A stretch of 64,000 nucleotides of DNA. Source: a virus. The translations under genes were made by a program, and so were the position numbers. This document shows, in pieces, positions 17,923-27,286 of this stretch. The number at the start of each line of letters is the position of its first letter. Positions within the stretch are counted from its first letter, which is position 1. The stretch covers positions 32,001-96,000 of IMG/VR virus record IMGVR_UViG_3300045988_139374; one strand, written 5' to 3'. The notes under the pieces are model-generated. The model did not search any database, had not been told where the DNA came from, and was given only the letters and a program-made list of their open reading frames with translations.

Positions 17923-20298
17923 ATGAATGCAGCAATCCAAAATGTTCTTAACGGATTAAGAAATGGAAATATGTCTATTGCATATGAGTATAAAGAGTAT
18001 TTAAATGACGTAGCTATGACTCTTTATAATAAGCCTCAACTCAGTGCAGAAGATATTGATGATCTTAAAGGTATTATTACTATTTGTAATATTACCTATA
18101 ATGATACTGATAAAGAGTTGCTTCCTATTGAAGATGGATTTTATGATTTACTTCTTGAGAAGTATAAAACATATGATCCAAACTTTCAAGTTGGCGCAGA
18201 AGTAATTAATTTTAAAGCATCTACAGGAACTAATAAAGTATTTGTAGAGCAACAAATGACTCAAGCGATATCTTTTATAGATCCAGTTGATGAAAATGAT
18301 TGCTTCTTTAAAGATGATCTTCTGATTCCATATAATCAGTATATTGATCATAGAGATTTTGAAAACGTATCCAATCCAGTAACTGCAGAAATGATATCTA
18401 AAAGATATCATGATACTCAGCATAATCATCCTGAACTTGTTGGCACTCTTGATAAATGCAAATTTGTATTAGATAAAGATGCTGCTGAAAGAGGAGTTCT
18501 TGATGATTCTAATGTAAAGACAGTGGAAAGAGATTTCTTTCAGGATCATCTGAAGAGAGGAATCATTCGGCCAAATGAGAAATTTGATATTATACTTGAA
18601 TTAAAGTATGATGGAATTTCTGTAGAAGCTGATTGTACAGATGAAGTTGTTTCTGCAAGATCTCGTGGCGATACTGGTGTTGGACGAGCATCTGATTTGA
18701 CTCCTATTCTTAAGGGATATAAATTCCCCCATAGAAAAAAAGATGCTCCTATGGTTGGAGTTAAATTTGAAGCAATCATTACTCAGTATGATCTGCCTTA
18801 TTTCAATGCCGCTAAAGGATATGAATATAAGAATTGTAGATCTGCTATTGTTGGATTGTTTGCTTCTGGAGATGCTTGGAAGTATAGAGATTTCATTACT
18901 CTAGTCCCTCTAGCAGTAGAACAAAAAGTCTATCATGATGTATGCCATTCTGATAGACTTGAGGAGATCTATTTCTTAAATCACGACTTTGTGTCTAAAG
19001 GGTGTCCACTTAGATTCTCTATGGGATCTGGTAATTATATTGAGAATCTTGTTTGGATTAATATCTTTACAAAGAATGCTGAAATGTTGAGAAATCAAAT
19101 TCCATTCATGTATGATGGTATTGTAGTCTCTTATAGAGATGAAAATATTCGTCAGAAACTTGGAAGAGAAAATTATATCAATAAATATAGCATTGCTGTT
19201 AAGTTTAATCCTCTCAAGAAGCAAACTATTTTTAGAGGATACTCTTATACTGTTGGTCAAGATGGAAGTATTACTCCTATGATCCATTACGATCCTGTGG
19301 AGTTCTATGGAACTATTCATCCTAAATCTTCTGGACAATCTCTTGCTAGGTTTAATGAGCTTAAGCTTCATAAAGGTGATATGCTTGATGTTGAATATGT
19401 CAATGATGTAATGCCTTATGTATCTAAGCCATTGAATGATTGGAATATGGATAATGAAAAAGTTTCTCCTCTTGAAGTATTCCCTTCTACTTGTCCTGTA
19501 TGTGGTTCTCCTGTACAGATTTCTGATTCCGGTAGGTCTGCAAGATGTTTAAATCCTGATTGTGGCGGAAGACAGCTTGCACGAATGGTTAATATGTGTG
19601 CTAAACTTGGTCTTATTGGATTTGGTGAAGCAACTATTAATCAAATCGGATGCTACCATCTTAAAGATATGATGGAATTAGTTACTGGTCCTAATTGGAA
19701 TGAAGAACTGCAGAAGAGAGGATTTGGCCCTATTGAATGTGCTAATATTCATGGACAATGTATGAATCTTCTCACCCAGCCTTTGTTGGATTCTGTACTT
19801 CTTGGAGCAATTGGATTTACTGGTATTTCTACTAAGACTTGGGAGTTGATACTTCCTGAGTTGAATTATTTTAAGATCAGAGATATGTTTGGTATGCTAG
19901 ATCCTTCTAAGTATTATTATAAGAGAGTCATCGAGCATATGGCAAGCATTAAAGGAATTGGCCCTACTACTGCTGATACTATTGGAAGAGAATGGGACTA
20001 TTTCAAGAACGATCTTGAATATATGTTTGCTAATGGTAATATCCAGAAATATCAGAGAAGAGAAGGAAGAAAAATTAGATTTACAGGATTTAGAGATAAA
20101 GAACTGGAAGTCTATTTGAATTCTCTTGGGTTCGATGCAGACCAAGACGGTGCAGTTAATAAAGATTGTTATGCTCTACTAGTCCCTAGTGAGAATACCA
20201 ATACTTCTAAGACTAGAAAAGCAGAACATTTTGGTGTTATGATTGTTACAAAGGATGACTTTGTAAATAATCTTAATAAGTATATGGAAAAGGAGTAA
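17923..20298 (+). CDS. ligA: NAD-dependent DNA ligase
   Basis: KxDG adenylation motif (ELKYDGISVE). Four-Cys Zn finger CPVCGS...CLNPDCGG. HhH-like region and a BRCT-like C-terminus. Confidence 0.9.
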   Translation: MNAAIQNVLNGLRNGNMSIAYEYKEYLNDVAMTLYNKPQLSAEDIDDLKGIITICNITYNDTDKELLPIEDGFYDLLLEKYKTYDPNFQVGAEVINFKASTGTNKVFVEQQMTQAISFIDPVDENDCFFKDDLLIPYNQYIDHRDFENVSNPVTAEMISKRYHDTQHNHPELVGTLDKCKFVLDKDAAERGVLDDSNVKTVERDFFQDHLKRGIIRPNEKFDIILELKYDGISVEADCTDEVVSARSRGDTGVGRASDLTPILKGYKFPHRKKDAPMVGVKFEAIITQYDLPYFNAAKGYEYKNCRSAIVGLFASGDAWKYRDFITLVPLAVEQKVYHDVCHSDRLEEIYFLNHDFVSKGCPLRFSMGSGNYIENLVWINIFTKNAEMLRNQIPFMYDGIVVSYRDENIRQKLGRENYINKYSIAVKFNPLKKQTIFRGYSYTVGQDGSITPMIHYDPVEFYGTIHPKSSGQSLARFNELKLHKGDMLDVEYVNDVMPYVSKPLNDWNMDNEKVSPLEVFPSTCPVCGSPVQISDSGRSARCLNPDCGGRQLARMVNMCAKLGLIGFGEATINQIGCYHLKDMMELVTGPNWNEELQKRGFGPIECANIHGQCMNLLTQPLLDSVLLGAIGFTGISTKTWELILPELNYFKIRDMFGMLDPSKYYYKRVIEHMASIKGIGPTTADTIGREWDYFKNDLEYMFANGNIQKYQRREGRKIRFTGFRDKELEVYLNSLGFDADQDGAVNKDCYALLVPSENTNTSKTRKAEHFGVMIVTKDDFVNNLNKYMEKE

Positions 20299-20303
20299 AT
20301 ATT

Positions 20304-21071
20304 ATGGAAGAAAAGTCTTATAAGTTTATCGAGCCTGGTTCTATTAAATTCAGTGAAATGCGTAAGTTTGCTGAACTTAGCTACAATATCAATGAGCTTA
20401 AGGAATGCCTTAAGTCTGAAGGAGTAGATCTAAGAGTAAGCGAACTGGTTAGAGTTATTGAAGCAGTACTTTGTGATTCTGGCCTTGCATTTAGTGAAGA
20501 TGGTCAGCCCAAATATCTGAATTGCACTCTTGGATATATCAGCATTGTAAGTCCTTTTGAGATGATTGAGGAAGACAATACTGAAGAGCAGACTAATCTT
20601 CTTCATCGGCTCACTGAGTATTATATTGATCTGGCTCAGCATTGTGGCGATGAGCCTTTCAATGTAGAAACTATCATATCTAATATCGGAATTATCTATA
20701 AAGAGGTATGCATTTTCATTAATGACCTCTTTGAGTATATTCATAATGAATATGCTAGAGATATTATTGAGCATAGATATAATAGTCTTACCCATCACTA
20801 TTTTATGTTTGCTGATGACAATAACAGCAAGACTAGTGATTACTTCATCGAGCTCGATATGTTTGTAGATAGTATTATTGAAAAGCCCGTACTGCATATT
20901 ACTGGCACTTGCTTTAGTGGTGAGGTTCCTAAGTCTTCTCCTGTAATGATCATTGATTCTTTCAATGATGAAGACAAGAATAAGCTAATGGCAAGATACT
21001 ACAATACTGTAGAACTTGGTGCTGATGCTGCTGAGCCTGAACATGCAGAGGCAGAAATCGTTTCTGAATGA
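20304..21071 (+). CDS. Hypothetical protein, acidic C-terminus
   Basis: ORF with RBS aaaaggag. Confidence 0.6.
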   Translation: MEEKSYKFIEPGSIKFSEMRKFAELSYNINELKECLKSEGVDLRVSELVRVIEAVLCDSGLAFSEDGQPKYLNCTLGYISIVSPFEMIEEDNTEEQTNLLHRLTEYYIDLAQHCGDEPFNVETIISNIGIIYKEVCIFINDLFEYIHNEYARDIIEHRYNSLTHHYFMFADDNNSKTSDYFIELDMFVDSIIEKPVLHITGTCFSGEVPKSSPVMIIDSFNDEDKNKLMARYYNTVELGADAAEPEHAEAEIVSE

Positions 21072-21080
21072 TTAAAAATC

Positions 21081-21104
21081 GGTCTAGAGAGAAATCTCTA
21101 GACC
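21081..21104 (+). terminator. Terminator, copy 3 of the exact repeated hairpin
   Basis: ggtctagagagaaatctctagacc followed by a T-run. Confidence 0.7.
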
Positions 21105-21136
21105 TTTTTATTTAAAACCTAAAATCAGAAACAGCA

Positions 21137-21148
21137 AGATATTATAAT
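21137..21148 (+). promoter_or_regulatory. Early promoter-like motif AGATATTATAAT
   Basis: Exact 12-mer. Followed by the perfect palindrome atccactagtggat at 21153-21166. Confidence 0.55.
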
Positions 21149-21312
21149 AATGATCCACTAGTGGATATATTATATTCTGGAGGTATAAAATGAAAAAATA
21201 TGATGTTTATGGTCCATAGATTATGTAAATTTTTATGCATATCGGAACTATAAATTACAGCATGGAAACATACTGGAGTACAATTTTCAATCAAAAAAGG
21301 AGATAAACTACT

Positions 21313-21930
21313 ATGGAAAAGAAATTTAAGGAAACCCGTATCAGCGAAGAATATTCTAAGGCTCTGGCAAACCAGCATCTTCTGATTGGACCTACTCATA
21401 TCTATAAGATTGCAACTGTCTTGTTCCATGGTGCAAGTATGTGCCTGTCTGCAATGAAGAATACTTCCGTTGGCAAGGCTCTTATCTTCCGTGCTGTTGA
21501 TGGTAGATTCCTGGCAGGTGCTAAGGTACAGTATATTGCAAATGTCGATGATCCTAACAATCCCGCCGCAGGTCGTTGGGATTATACCTGGACTGCATAT
21601 GAAGAAGATTTGAAGGATTGCGATACTGTCGATGTTGCAAACAATGCAATGATCGCTCCTTACTTCACAGCTGCTGGTATTTCTCTGTACAACATGAAGT
21701 TTGCAGATAGTGATACCTGCATCACTATGATGAATACTCTGGTTGAGTTCATCATCAACTGGCTGAAGGAGAATGTTACTGATACTGAGCCTGCTACTCT
21801 GGTTCTTGAAGGTGTCTTTAAGGGCGTAGCAGAAGTTGATCCTGATGGTTCTATCGATATTGGTATTATTCCTGATGGTGCTATGAAGGTTCTGATTAAG
21901 GACGATTCTGCAATTCAGGACGCAGCATAA
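21313..21930 (+). CDS. Hypothetical protein with high-expression codon usage
   Basis: GC3-rich codons like the structural genes, but downstream of an early-type promoter motif. RBS aaaaggag. Confidence 0.65.
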   Translation: MEKKFKETRISEEYSKALANQHLLIGPTHIYKIATVLFHGASMCLSAMKNTSVGKALIFRAVDGRFLAGAKVQYIANVDDPNNPAAGRWDYTWTAYEEDLKDCDTVDVANNAMIAPYFTAAGISLYNMKFADSDTCITMMNTLVEFIINWLKENVTDTEPATLVLEGVFKGVAEVDPDGSIDIGIIPDGAMKVLIKDDSAIQDAA

Positions 21931-21966
21931 TCCATTATTCCTAAGCATTGGTAGTATAATTTAAAA

Positions 21967-22010
21967 TAAGACAGTGGGCTGGGGAAGAGATTCCCCAGCC
22001 TACTGTCTTA
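21967..22010 (+). terminator. Long interrupted terminator hairpin
   Basis: taagacagt..ggctgggg / ccccagcc..actgtctta followed by tattatttt. Confidence 0.6.
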
Positions 22011-22037
22011 TATTATTTTGATCGGAGATACCAAAAT

Positions 22038-22697
22038 ATGGAACTGAAGACGGCTACAATTGATGGAAAAATCATGGATGTTATACAAGAAGATAGATTT
22101 AGAAGCGAATATTTGACTTATACTAATCCCAGTTTAGCCGCTTCAACAGCTGTTGAAGTAAAAGATGAAAACGGTGTAGGATATATTCTTCCATTTAGAG
22201 GAAAGACTGACGAGCAGCCTGGAATTTATCAAGATGGGTGTATATATTTTACTAAGTTTCCTACTCATGAAGAAGAATCTAAATATAGATCTGATAGTGT
22301 CAATTCTGTAGATTTTAGTGATGTTAATAATATCACTGACTTTCTAGATAGAAATAAACAGATCAGAGATATGGAAACAACTATTCTTACGGATAGTGAT
22401 TCTGTCTTTACTCCTCCTATGAATCAAGATGATAGTCCTGAGATGAGAGCTTTTAAACAGGCTATTGCATCTAAGCATATGGATATAAACAAATATGCTC
22501 CTAGATTTGGAGACAATTATCTGAACGATAAGCGTATTCTCAAAACTAGTTCTATTACAATGAATAAACTAGTAGCTATGAGTGAAAGACTTGATATTGA
22601 AGTTGAGCTTACACTTCGTAATGCTAGTGACAATGTTCCTAATCCTATGGATAAGCCTATCACTGTAATTCTTACTGGAAACACTGATTCTGATTAA
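22038..22697 (+). CDS. Hypothetical protein
   Basis: ORF with RBS ggaga, immediately upstream of an RNAP subunit gene. Confidence 0.55.
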   Translation: MELKTATIDGKIMDVIQEDRFRSEYLTYTNPSLAASTAVEVKDENGVGYILPFRGKTDEQPGIYQDGCIYFTKFPTHEEESKYRSDSVNSVDFSDVNNITDFLDRNKQIRDMETTILTDSDSVFTPPMNQDDSPEMRAFKQAIASKHMDINKYAPRFGDNYLNDKRILKTSSITMNKLVAMSERLDIEVELTLRNASDNVPNPMDKPITVILTGNTDSD

Positions 22698-22713
22698 GGA
22701 GGAGTATAGTTAA

Positions 22714-24666
22714 ATGGATTTTTCACAATATTCAACCCAATATGGAAGTCTTCAAACTCCGCAAAACATTAATCCATATACAGCAAATGGTATGGATTCA
22801 ATGATGCATGCTCCTACAGAAAATCCAAATGTCGATAAATTTCTTCATGATTTTAATGATAGTCATAGAGAGAGATTTAATGATTTTTGGTTTACCAGAA
22901 ATGATGATGATATTATCGAAGGCATGAAACAGGTTATTCTGTCATGTGAGCGAGATAAATATTTCATCATTAAAGTTATTGGCTTTGAAGTGATTAAAGA
23001 TTATGAAGAAATTCAGAAGATCCTTTATCACTACTATTCTATGAAGACTAAGAATGGTAAGAAAGTCAGTAATGAATATGATTATATCAATCTTAGAGAT
23101 TCTGATGTAATGCTACTCAAGGTAAGATACTATATCAAGTTGAATATTCCTGAAAGTAAAATTAGATTGGATCCTAAGACTGGTGAACTGGAAAAGTCTG
23201 AAGGAGAACTGGAGGTACTTATTGCATTACCGATCTATGTCAATAAGTATTATTTCAGAATCCTTGGCAACTATTATAATCCTATTTTCCAAATTGTTGA
23301 TGGTAGTACTTACAATAACTCCACATCTAATAGTCGTGTACAGAGTATCACTCTGAAAACTCAATTCATGCCTATTAAAGTATATAAGGAATTATATGAT
23401 ATTCCTGATATTGTGGATTGTAGCTATCATCGTTGTGTCTTGTTCACCTCTTATGTCTTCAATAAGAAAACAGATACAATTAAATTCATTTTAGGAAGAT
23501 ATGGATTGCTGGGTGCTATGGAAATGTTGGAGCTTGAAGGGATCTATGTGTCTCCTGCATCTTGTCCTCCTATGGATCCTGAGATCTTCTATAATTTCGA
23601 AGATCCTCATAAGAAGATTGTAGTATCTGTAGTAAAAGGATTGTTTGATAAAGATAATGTCACTCAATCTTTTGTGTATACAGTACTCAAGTCTGTGAAG
23701 AAACTCGAAAAGTATGATGATTTGTATGATCCGAGATATTGGAATAAAATCTTAGGTGCAGATTTCCAATCTGCTACTTTGGATAAAGGTATTCCTGTTC
23801 TTGATTCTTTGGAATCTATTTATGATCTACGTACTAAACAATCTATCAGACTTCCTAAAGAAGATAAAGAAGATTCTTATTGTATTCTTAGATGGATGAT
23901 GAGAGAATTCTCTTTTCTAAAAGCTAGAGACAATATGGATATTTCCACAAAACATCCTAGAATGGCAGATGAGTATCTTCCTGCTATTTATGCAATGAAG
24001 ATTTCTCGTGGCCTTTATAGAATTTCTGATAAAGGCAAAAATGTTACTTTTAAAGATGTAGTAAGAGTGCTTGATACACCTCCTAACTATATCTTGAAGA
24101 ATATCAATGCTGCTAACCTTGTTGATTATGTAGATCTGGTTAATGATAACGATGCTGAACTTGCAATCTCTTATACCTATAAGGGTGTATCTGGTCTTGG
24201 TGATCAAGGTTCTGGTACTGCAGTTCCTATTGTTTATCGTTTCGTGCATCCTAGCCAGCTCGGTAGAGTTGATCTCGATGCTTCCTCTTCTTCTGATCCT
24301 GGCCTGTCTGGATTGATTTGTCCTATGGCTAAGATCAATAATGGATCGTTTACTGATTATAACGAACCTAATGGATGGAAGAAATTCTATATCGAAACAT
24401 TGTCGGAACTCAAGACTATGCATAATATGCAACAGGCTATCGATCTTAAGAAAAGATGTGGTCTGGAATATGATTATGTAAAAGAAGATATGGTTAGAGA
24501 AACTATTGAATCTTATCAGAGACTTATTCCTGCAATTATTGATATTGAAGGCAAGAAAGATTATACTCTTGGAGTTATTATGCCTGATACTACTGTTGTA
24601 TCTGGTGATGACGATGGAGTCGGTGAAGTTTCAACTGGTGTAGAAACTCCTCCTTCTGATGACTAA
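22714..24666 (+). CDS. Multisubunit RNA polymerase beta subunit, N-terminal half
   Basis: YFRILGNYYNPIFQIV (compare the G.FIINGxERV region). VHPSQLGRVDLDASSSSDPGLSGLICPMA (compare HPSHYGRxCPIETPEGxNIGL). Confidence 0.7.
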   Translation: MDFSQYSTQYGSLQTPQNINPYTANGMDSMMHAPTENPNVDKFLHDFNDSHRERFNDFWFTRNDDDIIEGMKQVILSCERDKYFIIKVIGFEVIKDYEEIQKILYHYYSMKTKNGKKVSNEYDYINLRDSDVMLLKVRYYIKLNIPESKIRLDPKTGELEKSEGELEVLIALPIYVNKYYFRILGNYYNPIFQIVDGSTYNNSTSNSRVQSITLKTQFMPIKVYKELYDIPDIVDCSYHRCVLFTSYVFNKKTDTIKFILGRYGLLGAMEMLELEGIYVSPASCPPMDPEIFYNFEDPHKKIVVSVVKGLFDKDNVTQSFVYTVLKSVKKLEKYDDLYDPRYWNKILGADFQSATLDKGIPVLDSLESIYDLRTKQSIRLPKEDKEDSYCILRWMMREFSFLKARDNMDISTKHPRMADEYLPAIYAMKISRGLYRISDKGKNVTFKDVVRVLDTPPNYILKNINAANLVDYVDLVNDNDAELAISYTYKGVSGLGDQGSGTAVPIVYRFVHPSQLGRVDLDASSSSDPGLSGLICPMAKINNGSFTDYNEPNGWKKFYIETLSELKTMHNMQQAIDLKKRCGLEYDYVKEDMVRETIESYQRLIPAIIDIEGKKDYTLGVIMPDTTVVSGDDDGVGEVSTGVETPPSDD

Positions 24667-24703
24667 TAATTAATTTATAGACTTTAGAAGGAGGTCTTTT
24701 ATT

Positions 24704-24955
24704 ATGGGTGCTAATATCGAAAAAACCAAAGATACTTTTGTTTATTTCCTGTATTCTGAACAGCAGATTTCTGAAAGATCTGCTATTGAGAAAACAATGT
24801 CAAGAGTATTTTCTCCTGGTACTGTAATTATCAATGGTAGAAAGAAAATCTTTTCAGAGATTTCTAAGAAGTCATCTAATAGGTATCCTGATTGTAAAGT
24901 AGTTGCATCTGGATATAAGTCTCAGCTTGTTTATACTATGCCTAGTGCAAGATAA
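24704..24955 (+). CDS. Hypothetical small protein
   Basis: ORF with RBS gaaggagg. Confidence 0.55.
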   Translation: MGANIEKTKDTFVYFLYSEQQISERSAIEKTMSRVFSPGTVIINGRKKIFSEISKKSSNRYPDCKVVASGYKSQLVYTMPSAR

Positions 24956-24975
24956 TTCTAAAAGGAGGTTCATTC

Positions 24976-25716
24976 ATGGCTCATACTTTTGAAGTTATAT
25001 CATCTGTCTGCGTTCAGCTTAATAGCCTATCCAAAGAGTATATGGGAAATAGTAAAGCCAGAACCATGTCTAAGATCATGGATTCTCTATGCATCTCTGT
25101 AGGAAGATCTATTTCTACTATCGATGATATTATCATTGATAAAGAAAAAGATGCTTATGTAGATAAAGGTATCTTTGCTAATAATGGAGATAAGTTTCAT
25201 CCTGTATACGTTCTTTCCATTAAGAATATTAAGAAACCTTTTATCGACACAATCACAACCACTGCAAGAACTAATGATAATAACTTAGTAGTTGGCACTG
25301 TTATTGGTGTTCCATATATGATCTTTGATGAAAATACGAGCTTTAATGATGTTTGCAAGATTATTAAAGATATGTATTTCCAGATTGTCGATATGGATCG
25401 TAACATGTCCTTTAATGCAAATTTTGCATTAATTAATTTTAGCAGTGGAACTAGCAAAGTAAGAATTCCGACTTACGATCTTTCTATGATGCTAGCAACT
25501 GTCTGTTGTATGTATATCAATATCAAATCTTGGTTTGGTAACTCTGATGAACCTGATTTTAGAGTTCCTCCTAAAGATATGATTGATGCATTAGACACTA
25601 AGTTGTCTGATGATAAGATCAAAGGTTTGATTAATACTATCAACAGACATGCTTCTGGCGTTAACGATATCAGAGACTCTCTAGTTTCTGGTAGTATTGT
25701 CCGTGACTTCTTATAA
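24976..25716 (+). CDS. Hypothetical protein
   Basis: ORF with RBS aaaaggagg. Confidence 0.6.
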   Translation: MAHTFEVISSVCVQLNSLSKEYMGNSKARTMSKIMDSLCISVGRSISTIDDIIIDKEKDAYVDKGIFANNGDKFHPVYVLSIKNIKKPFIDTITTTARTNDNNLVVGTVIGVPYMIFDENTSFNDVCKIIKDMYFQIVDMDRNMSFNANFALINFSSGTSKVRIPTYDLSMMLATVCCMYINIKSWFGNSDEPDFRVPPKDMIDALDTKLSDDKIKGLINTINRHASGVNDIRDSLVSGSIVRDFL

Positions 25717-25724
25717 TTAATATA

Positions 25725-25757
25725 AACGTATAGTAGATTTCATGTCTACTATACGTT
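25725..25757 (+). terminator. Rho-independent terminator
   Basis: aacgtatagtaga/tctactatacgtt 13-bp stem followed by ttatttttttatt. Confidence 0.65.
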
Positions 25758-25770
25758 TTATTTTTTTATT

Positions 25771-26088
25771 ATGGAAAATAATTTAAAATCTACCTCTGGC
25801 ATATCTGCATTCTTTAATGGATATAAGATGTGTGTTTCATATAATGATAACACATGTCCATATTGTGGACAAAGAATTTTAAGATATGAAGATCAACCAT
25901 TCTATGGAAACCATATTAAGATTAGATATATCTGTAGAAACTGTGGATTCATTTGCCCTGTAGGATATCCTAATCTTAAAGATGCAAAACCAGTATACGA
26001 TTCTACTGTAAATAATTTTATTGATAATTTTGGATCTACGATCCAGGATAGAATTAAAGATATTATAGTAGGAGGAATTGAAATTTAA
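25771..26088 (+). CDS. Zinc-ribbon protein (CxxC...CxxC)
   Basis: CPYCGQ...CRNCGFIC. No obvious RBS, since the ATG directly follows the terminator T-run, so the start is uncertain. Confidence 0.4.
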   Translation: MENNLKSTSGISAFFNGYKMCVSYNDNTCPYCGQRILRYEDQPFYGNHIKIRYICRNCGFICPVGYPNLKDAKPVYDSTVNNFIDNFGSTIQDRIKDIIVGGIEI

Positions 26089-26140
26089 CAATATCACTTT
26101 ATTATAAATGCATTGGGAGAATTTCAATAAAAATCTAAAA

Positions 26141-26164
26141 AGCAAAACATAGGGTTTCTTTGCT
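26141..26164 (-). terminator. Minus-strand terminator inside an ORF-free region
   Basis: agcaaa/tttgct stem. The T-run (ttttagattttt) is present only when read on the minus strand. Confidence 0.45.
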
Positions 26165-26410
26165 TGTTCTGCATTTTCATTGAGTTTGTGATTACGGTTT
26201 CATACTTCTCATAATATAAACCTCCTTTTATGAATAAAAATAATCAGTTCAGCTTATTTCTTATTCCTAAGGATTTGGACCTTTCTTTTTTCGTTTTCGA
26301 CCTCTCTTAAATCTTATCCACTATGTGGTCTTTTGATCTTTTTCTCGCAGTTTTCTTATTCATGATTTTTATACACGATAAGGATAAGTAATTCTTCTAA
26401 TGCATTAAAA

Positions 26411-26439
26411 GATGGGTAGAGGCGGTATCTCTACCCATC
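26411..26439 (+). terminator. Rho-independent terminator
   Basis: gatgggtagag/ctctacccatc 11-bp stem followed by tattttattttt. Confidence 0.65.
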
Positions 26440-26456
26440 TATTTTATTTTTCAATT

Positions 26457-26468
26457 AGATATTATAAT
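26457..26468 (+). promoter_or_regulatory. Early promoter-like motif AGATATTATAAT
   Basis: tcaattAGATATTATAAT. Followed by the hairpin atagatag/ctatctat at 26474-26494. Confidence 0.6.
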
Positions 26469-26526
26469 ATTGAATAGATAGAGATACTATCTATAAATAT
26501 TTGTCTAAAAAGAAAGGAAATTTATT

Positions 26527-26973
26527 ATGTTGAAAGTTAATGGAATCGAAATTACCATTTATACCAATGGACGTGATGTGAACACTTATGTGGCAACCTA
26601 TATCCATCAGCAGTTGAGAGGTAATCCCAATTATATTGATAGCAATATTGTCCTTAATATGGATCAGGATGATAAGACTATTATCTATCTTGATCTTGAT
26701 CATATGGATAAAAAGCATATTCCTAATATTGCCATTGATTGGAATGGCATTGAAAGGATCAAGATCGATAATCTTGATGGCGCTACTAAAAACAGAATTG
26801 CAAAAAGCATCGAAGAATATTGTTATCAATATCCTAATATTGGCAACTTTGATATGTTGATCAATGATCTTCATCCTAATCAACTCATCGTTGTTGGTAA
26901 TGAACCTCATATCGTGTTTAATCTTCACGATTGGATTATTGATAACGATAAGAAAAATAAAAAGGAGAACTAA
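26527..26973 (+). CDS. Hypothetical protein
   Basis: ORF with RBS aaaggaaa. Confidence 0.55.
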   Translation: MLKVNGIEITIYTNGRDVNTYVATYIHQQLRGNPNYIDSNIVLNMDQDDKTIIYLDLDHMDKKHIPNIAIDWNGIERIKIDNLDGATKNRIAKSIEEYCYQYPNIGNFDMLINDLHPNQLIVVGNEPHIVFNLHDWIIDNDKKNKKEN

Positions 26974-26975
26974 AA

Positions 26976-27200
26976 ATGGGTAAGAAGCATTTTACTATTG
27001 TTGTGCACTCTATTGAGCACAAGATTCCTAAGACTACTTATGAAGTAGACGCTTTCAGTGCCGATAGAGCTATTGAAACTGTAGGTAAGAAGGTTAAAGC
27101 AAAATTTAAGACTTTTATCGGAGATACTAACTATACTGTTGATCAGATCTCTGATGAGGGTGAATCTACAAGAAGAGTATTTGAAGTTAATCACTTCTAA
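26976..27200 (+). CDS. Hypothetical small protein
   Basis: ORF with RBS aaaaggag. Confidence 0.55.
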   Translation: MGKKHFTIVVHSIEHKIPKTTYEVDAFSADRAIETVGKKVKAKFKTFIGDTNYTVDQISDEGESTRRVFEVNHF

Positions 27201-27208
27201 TAAATAAG

Positions 27209-27236
27209 GTGGGAGGGTTAAATAACACCCTCCCAC
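27209..27236 (+). terminator. Rho-independent terminator
   Basis: gtgggaggg/ccctcccac stem followed by tttttattttt. Confidence 0.65.
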
Positions 27237-27286
27237 TTTTTATTTTTAATAATTTTGAAACCCATTTATAAAAGGAGTGTAGATCT

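Noticed and set aside
13662-21112. Exact repeated 24-27-nt palindromic units that might be taken for a CRISPR array or MITE-like elements.
   Set aside because: The copies are kilobases apart. Each sits directly after a stop codon and is followed by a T-run, so they behave as terminators. There are no regular spacers and no target-site duplications.
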